This document shows positions 33,501-37,186 of a DNA stretch of 37,186 bases, one piece after another. Numbering within the stretch: position 1 is the stretch's first letter; each line of letters begins with the position of its first letter. This DNA is from Opitutales bacterium (GTDB taxonomy: Bacteria; Verrucomicrobiota; Verrucomicrobiia; Opitutales; UBA953), in the NCBI GenBank assembly GCA_040398005.1, contig JBBAUX010000006.1, positions 83,854 through 121,039 on the forward strand. Direction: 5' to 3'. A program made the position numbers and the translations under genes. Below the pieces are notes generated by a model, which worked only from the letters and a program-made list of their open reading frames with translations, was not told the origin of the DNA and made no database searches.

Positions 33501-36207
33501 ACGTTGCCGAACCTGCAATGGTAACTGTGGAACCAGCCAACGTTCCATTCACTTTAAGTGTTCCAGCATTGATGTCGGTCGTACCCGTGTAACTTAAAAT
33601 TGATGAAATGGTCTGCGTACCCGATCCCGATTTGATTACATTACCGCCACCGGTAATATCGCCCGAGAAAGTTCGATTGTCTCCGTCATTGATAGTGAGA
33701 GTTGCAGTGCCGAGTGAAACAGTTCCAGCATTGGCTAGTCCTTTGATACTTTGATTGGTGCTATTTAAATTAAGCGTGGCACCCGATAAAACAACCACGC
33801 TGGAGTTGGCAGATAAATTACCCGCGGTGTCGGCTTTTAACTCGCCTTGATTGATTGTGGTATCGCCCGAGTAAGTATTGGCGTTGGTGAGAGTCAGTAC
33901 ACCGTTGCCATTTTTAGTTAAACTACCACCCGTGCTTGTTAAGGCCGTACCCACGGTGACGGACTGTGCATTCGTATCTAAATTATACTGCTGCCCTGCC
34001 GCGGTACTAAAGCGACTGGAGTAATCCGTTGTGTTAGTAGATGTAAATTTAAGTGAGCCACCCGTAAAACTAATGGTACCGGTCGAACCAATGGCATCGC
34101 TGCTATCCAATTGTAATGCACCTCCTGCTAAAGTCGTGCCACCATCATAGGTATTAGTTCCATTGAGTATCAACGTGCCCAGGCCGGCTTTAGTTAAGCT
34201 ACCGCCCGTGCTCGCCAATGACTTAGCCCATGTGACTGTCACTCCATTCGTATCGACATTATATTTTTGAGCGGCAGCGGTGCTGAATCGTCCGGAGTAA
34301 TCGAACTGATTAGCCGCAGAGTATTGCAAGTAACCGCCATTCATGGTTAAAGTTCCCGCCGAGCCTAAAGGCCCCGAAACGCCTTGAGTTTCAGATGATC
34401 CGACATTGATATAGCCCGCACCAAAAATGATGCCGTAGTTAAAAGTATTGGCACCCTTAAGTGTGAGTACGCCGTTGCCGCTGGCTTTGTTTAATCCGCC
34501 AATGAAGGCCAGTGCAGTGCCGCTCGCATTGTTACGAACTTCTCCGTTAAAGGTAATATTACCATCGCCCTCAATACGGAGGTAGCGATTACTAGCCGAC
34601 TTATCCCCGATTAGGTCAAACGTTCCAGCGACAACGAGATTCACTCCTGAATTAATGATTAATCTTTTTTCCGATGAACCCGTCTGAGCGCTTCCAGTAA
34701 GCGCATCAAAGGTAAGTGTCGAACTTGTTGCACCGACATTAGAGAATGTTAAACGACCACCAAAATTAAGTTGGTTCATGTGGTACGAATCACTGTTGGG
34801 CAAGCCACCCGTTAAGATTAACGTACCCGTATCACTCAAACTGCCGCCCGAATCCAAATTCGAAAGTGTACTTATGGAATAGGGGTTGGATAGTGTTAAA
34901 CTTCCACCCACAACTTTCGTTACACCTGTATAAGTGTATGGAACCGAAACCGTTCCAGTAAAAGTAACATTGGGACTGGCCGGGGTGGTACCGGTGTTAC
35001 CGATGGTGATGGATAAGGCACCCGTGCCGTCTTTGATGGCTCCCGAACTAAATTTGATATCCCCTGCTCCCGCTACATTGAGTGTTACACCTGCAGCGAA
35101 ATTGCTAATTACTCCGCCCGTAATATTCAATGCGTTGCCGTTGGTGGTCGGTGCCTGTGTAATCGTCGTTCCGCGATTCTTTCCGATGGTGATGAGACCA
35201 GAATAAGTAGAATTAGCATCGAAATTACCACCCAATGTAGATGTTGAATTATTCGAAGTGGTAAAAATCGTGACCGGATTCGCAATCGTTACAGCGGCAT
35301 TGGTTAAAAGCGTAAGCGTGTCCGTGGCTACAGTATTTGCATTACCCAACGAAATAGTATTCGAAGCAGCACCAAAAGCTAAACTGTTTCCTAAAAGAAC
35401 TTTACCACTGGTGATCACATATTTGGTGGATACACTTAAAGCTTCGCCCAACACGGTATTATCTCCATTAAGCTGAACAGTACCAGTACCCACTGCGATA
35501 TTCAGTGCACCACGAAAAGTATTATTGCCCTGTAAAATCGTGGTTCCGGTATTTTTAACAAAGAGCGTCGTTGCTGCAGTCGTTTGCACAGCTGAGCCTG
35601 TAGTATTTAAAACTGCGGAATTAAAAGTAAAATTTCCTCCTCCCGTTAAGGTCAGCGATCGACTCAAACCCGAAGTATAAAGATAGACGGAGTTATTAAA
35701 AACAGTGGTAGAACCAGCAGCACCCGTCCAAGTATTATTTTGATTAGCGTTCTGAATATTAAGATTAAAGGTGATGGCACCATTCGTGAAATTATTCGTC
35801 AAGGATGGCGTGCTGGTACCTGATACCCCCGCAATACTCAGCATCAATGGCGATGCACTTAAACTCGTGAAAGTGTAACCAGTCGTCCCAGCCATCGCAC
35901 CAAAAGTAACCGCACCAAAATATCTATTACTACCAATGCTGACAGTGGGTCTTGCTGTGCCTGTCGAATCAAATGTTTGTGTGTTATTTGTAGAAGCTGA
36001 AATCGAACTTCCGTCATTATAAGGAAGGTTCCAGTTGGAGGCAGTATTAACATTATTATCCACGCCACCGCCCACCCAAGTCCACGCCGTCGCTTTAGCT
36101 TTGTAGGGACTAACTACGGCGCCCATCGCGACAACCATCGACGCTGCATTCATCAACCAGACAGCATTCTGACGATTAAGATATTTACTCTGGCGGGGGT
36201 TAACCAT
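27529..36207 (-). CDS. Giant (2892 aa) surface protein with autotransporter-associated beta-strand (PATR) repeats and a PEP-CTERM sorting signal
   Basis: Long signal peptide ending AKA; many LTKxGxGTLxLxxxNTYxGxTxxxxGxL repeats; G/T/S/N-rich; C-terminus IPEPSTYGLGLGALALALAAVRRRKQKK; no autotransporter barrel evident. Confidence 0.93.
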   Translation of the reverse strand: MVNPRQSKYLNRQNAVWLMNAASMVVAMGAVVSPYKAKATAWTWVGGGVDNNVNTASNWNLPYNDGSSISASTNNTQTFDSTGTARPTVSIGSNRYFGAVTFGAMAGTTGYTFTSLSASPLMLSIAGVSGTSTPSLTNNFTNGAITFNLNIQNANQNNTWTGAAGSTTVFNNSVYLYTSGLSRSLTLTGGGNFTFNSAVLNTTGSAVQTTAATTLFVKNTGTTILQGNNTFRGALNIAVGTGTVQLNGDNTVLGEALSVSTKYVITSGKVLLGNSLAFGAASNTISLGNANTVATDTLTLLTNAAVTIANPVTIFTTSNNSTSTLGGNFDANSTYSGLITIGKNRGTTITQAPTTNGNALNITGGVISNFAAGVTLNVAGAGDIKFSSGAIKDGTGALSITIGNTGTTPASPNVTFTGTVSVPYTYTGVTKVVGGSLTLSNPYSISTLSNLDSGGSLSDTGTLILTGGLPNSDSYHMNQLNFGGRLTFSNVGATSSTLTFDALTGSAQTGSSEKRLIINSGVNLVVAGTFDLIGDKSASNRYLRIEGDGNITFNGEVRNNASGTALAFIGGLNKASGNGVLTLKGANTFNYGIIFGAGYINVGSSETQGVSGPLGSAGTLTMNGGYLQYSAANQFDYSGRFSTAAAQKYNVDTNGVTVTWAKSLASTGGSLTKAGLGTLILNGTNTYDGGTTLAGGALQLDSSDAIGSTGTISFTGGSLKFTSTNTTDYSSRFSTAAGQQYNLDTNAQSVTVGTALTSTGGSLTKNGNGVLTLTNANTYSGDTTINQGELKADTAGNLSANSSVVVLSGATLNLNSTNQSIKGLANAGTVSLGTATLTINDGDNRTFSGDITGGGNVIKSGSGTQTISSILSYTGTTDINAGTLKVNGTLAGSTVTIAGSATLTGKGTITAPITVSANGIITAGDTALADASRGALTVSALTFSDVGFINLANINTDTAASILKAGNISTSGGVGSVTINIINATQLADNSTFTLLQYASLSDITAFKLGTVTGTYNRQFVSLFNDTDNSLLTLKTTGDTLKWSGSQSSTWTSTAGNINWKLNSSGDPVDYLAGDVVTFNDTATNFTVSIAEAVTPNGLTFDNSANDYIVNSAVATTFGIGGSTSLIKNGTSRLEINAPLNITGGLTVNNGTIALNNGSNSFSGNINLNGAANLELGASGALNTTNSLTFGSGASGKLSLKGNNATLTGLANNSGNPGTPIIENGSSSTNSTLTLNIASGTNTFDGVMQNGAINALNLTKTGSGSLILTSDNTLTGQTSVTNGTLQLGNGGSTGKVGGDISIDASAILNLNRTGKLSTSAVFSGSGALNLNYGELELLGNNTFTGTATIYSGTTLTIGSTGSLSASATIVDNGTFEYAKSSAYSLGTISGTGNFIISAGSVSQTGNNSLSGSLTIGTGASYALTSTGSFSSISAITNNGTLSIGAHADYTIAAPISGTGLLISDIGLGKKLYLTKDNSYQGITTISSGTLIVGNGTSTGSLGAGAVTIATGAELILSRLGDTTLSNTITGTGTGKLTIGTSGSLFVTTDNQINLAGELKFGATAGSSTHSTLDLTNASINVGSLRVQTDLGTTGATLPTNNIIIGTGKSLNVSGLVTVGVNNGSNPTTNLTMSGNGALNIGTLLLPTNSNVNVGASVTTDRVNYVNWDMSALAEMNMYLGTGVFKIGADSNVNGGVGGTGNGVTVILPTNTKIVAGTILMDALESGGKLFKLSLGSGISTLNVDTITVGGNSSRSNNTINFNSGTGSLTVKAKDGLSRATLSVQNSNNSTANPQIGIFDVRGHSADLYLGTVTIGKRDNTNAITLGKAAGSGSLLFDTGIFDATTLNIANRSFNGSASESLVGNTETIAGNIVGLASFGGGTVNIGTVDLARHGATNLGGTVQGLIEFFGSNTSTVGAVTMATAASSVSGAPDAKGIINITAGTVSIASISGASAAANTTATANVNVSGGTLTMGGNITRTGGAGTSAFNLNLNGGTLDMGGNAIGTSGAGANVAFNWTKGRLQNVSGLNGADGITVNTGDQFNPVYLAGTNTFTSKITIKDSILQLQSTTALAANSKIGFDGTLGVLKLDSGVTLDVSSNLSSGYAQLDTNRNNVVFNSSVTGLTSFTKLNGGKLTLSSTSGSLAPTVSILGGTLELGNGDNQIPAGGFLNTTITLNLDAIGGSPELIANGVKVDLNADVNLLNSGATISGTKGTSNYSFNFIKDIIAQADSIATISATDMITGANSRINVGTGAVLKISGSFIDDGANATQITKNGAGTLEFTGTTPNTYTGATTVNAGKLNLYTDVLSGSSTAITINNGANLTAVNLGANVSLTVATGGTADLSGTALEVKGLSGAGSVVLSGSTPTLTVGSGTFAGNLSSTDIASLVKTGAGTLTISGTNSLTGSVTLNGGVVSVSTLSALSAATDSPENLIFQGGKLQYTGTGETMTRGFTVGNGGAGFTSIGSGALVIQGDMDFADASASNRTLSLGGTTDIAIKNIYNPTKISEADVKNLFTKLVKQETNKWIVLGAGAGFVEDAQTEIDIQNGELGFAMGALGTKSTITLGATGVGATATLSWVSGNTEDVSARVNLRSASHAAFDIPSGNTVEFARALNGGNPSNARVTKTGAGTLNLNTSNSFSGGFTISGGIVKAGAVGSMGSGNVTVNSSSTLVVGAAITNTLTVNSGGIITIDTANPDQSIQDATIMSGGILIPGGDVIGTMTVRNLTLKGGSIVNWQISDASGATVAGDYRQAGIGYDTFIVNSLLLTDASISKRIRVNVKSTSAVAASNFDKTAVQTFKFAKLTNALSKTDALNVTDLFEIDATEFEFINGLQTDHLVWKMTASADREYLYVVAIPEPSTYGLGLGALALALAAVRRRKQKKNPSVA
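33840..34338 (-). repeat. Internal tandem duplication with a 92-aa (276-nt) period
   Basis: GGYLQYSAANQFDYSGRFSTAAAQKYNVDTNG...STGGSLTK versus GGSLKFTSTNTTDYSSRFSTAAGQQYNLDTNA...STGGSLTK. Confidence 0.85.
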
Positions 36208-36382
36208 CTGAAAATATTACTTAAAAAAATGTAAAAATACAATAAATTTGCCGAGCAATTTGATGATTTTAATAGGATGTCTGCCCCTCTCTGATTTACG
36301 TCCGATCACACTCATGGAGTGGTAAATTATGATGGATGGATTAGAAGTCCTGGTAGCAATTTCAACCGCAACCCTATCACGT

Positions 36383-36417
36383 AAAAAAAAAGGGGTCTCA
36401 TTGCTGAGACCCCTTTT
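36383..36417 (-). terminator. Rho-independent terminator of the upstream PEP-CTERM gene
   Basis: Minus strand reads AAAAGGGGTCTCA-gcaa-TGAGACCCC-T9, about 20 nt after the stop at 36439. Confidence 0.92.
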
Positions 36418-36438
36418 GTTTCGTGATACCTTTAAGAC

Positions 36439-37186
36439 TTAGACCGTTGCCTTCTTTTGCTTGCGGCGACGGATGGCAGCTACCGCGAGAGCGAGAGCGC
36501 CGAGGCCGAGACCGTAGGTCGAAGGCTCAGGAATCGACATCATCAACACGGTGTTACCACCACTGGTGACGGTGTACATCTTGATGAGGTCCGCGATGTT
36601 TTGGCCAGCGTACTTAGCACCTGTTACAGTGGTACCATCAGAATACTTCAGATTGTCGGTGTTGATGGTGAAGAGACTAGCAATACTGCCAGCTCCACCA
36701 AGAGAATGCGTGACTGAAGCGGCTTGGAGGAACTTGAAGTCGTAGAACGGACTCTTTTCGAATCCAGTGGTTCCATTAACTGCATCAGTGGAGTAAACTT
36801 GGATGGTGATTCCACCCGCGGTTACACCCGTCAAATCCAAGGTACCACTCGTAGTGAGGGTGCTGTAAGTCACACCGGCATTATTACTAAGATCGAAGTG
36901 AGTGTAATTGGTATCAAAGCCTGCCGCGCCTGCGTTGGCAGTCAGACCCGTGGTATTTACGCTACCAACATAGACTCGGATAATTGAACCATTAGTGAGC
37001 GCGTAGCCACCTGTGCTGAGTGTGAGAGCATAGTTGGCTGCAGTACCGACTTGGAGAGTCGCACCACTAGCAACGTTCACGATGCCGGTACCCGTTGCAG
37101 AAGCATTATTAGCAATTAAGGTCGCGGTGTTTTGGACGAAGGTTGGACCGTTATAGGTGTTGGCCTGCGAAAGGGTAACTGTACCA
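36439..37186 (-). CDS. Second PATR / PEP-CTERM surface protein (5' part lies outside the window)
   Basis: Frame stays open to the window edge (GTVTLSQANTYNGPTFVQNTATLIAN, a PATR repeat); ends IPEPSTYGLGLGALALAVAAIRRRKQKKATV. Confidence 0.92.
   Translation of the reverse strand, partial: GTVTLSQANTYNGPTFVQNTATLIANNASATGTGIVNVASGATLQVGTAANYALTLSTGGYALTNGSIIRVYVGSVNTTGLTANAGAAGFDTNYTHFDLSNNAGVTYSTLTTSGTLDLTGVTAGGITIQVYSTDAVNGTTGFEKSPFYDFKFLQAASVTHSLGGAGSIASLFTINTDNLKYSDGTTVTGAKYAGQNIADLIKMYTVTSGGNTVLMMSIPEPSTYGLGLGALALAVAAIRRRKQKKATV

Noticed and set aside
27704..35476. Many 60-200 aa plus-strand ORFs within the giant gene
   Set aside because: Pro/Val-rich antisense frames typical of Gly/Thr/Asn-rich genes.
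36439..37080. GTG 37080 as the start of a 213-aa protein
   Set aside because: The frame is open to the window edge with a PATR repeat and there is no signal peptide, so the gene is truncated by the window.
1..37186. CRISPR array, tRNA/rRNA, IS, integrase or diversity-generating retroelement
   Set aside because: No regularly spaced repeats, cloverleaf, transposase, recombinase or reverse transcriptase seen. The PEP-CTERM tail mismatches are synonymous rather than adenine-directed diversification. Short ncRNAs could be missed by eye.

Overview
Gene-dense bacterial chromosomal window, most likely Verrucomicrobiota (Opitutales-like). The taxonomy is inferred from PATR-rich PEP-CTERM proteins and a split Pta, not from a marker gene. 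Bases 1-25.8 kb are mostly housekeeping: leuC-orf-leuD, purU, split pta, comM/yifB, dapF, SWIM-SNF2 helicase, tatC, polyprenyl synthetase, DUF192, SAM methyltransferase, BI-1/YccA protein, two tandem NarL/LuxR regulators, a Tat-exported FAD oxidoreductase, RluA, a TonB-like protein, maf, hemF-hemE-hemH, a YugP-like protein and N-formylglutamate amidohydrolase. The right end is a cell-surface locus: three or four paralogous small exported helical proteins converge on a 2892-aa PATR/PEP-CTERM protein, preceded by a second, truncated PEP-CTERM gene. I saw no rRNA, tRNA, CRISPR array, integrase or transposase. The most notable observations are: a DapF with Ser at both catalytic Cys positions; a -35-like hexamer 34-36 nt upstream of about 11 start codons, suggesting leaderless mRNAs; two apparently dead enzyme folds (YugP-like and GxxExxY-like); a 15-bp inverted repeat formed by the starts of the divergent hemF and YugP-like genes; and the exported paralogue array beside the giant surface protein. 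All family assignments come from motif recognition by eye; no database searches were run.
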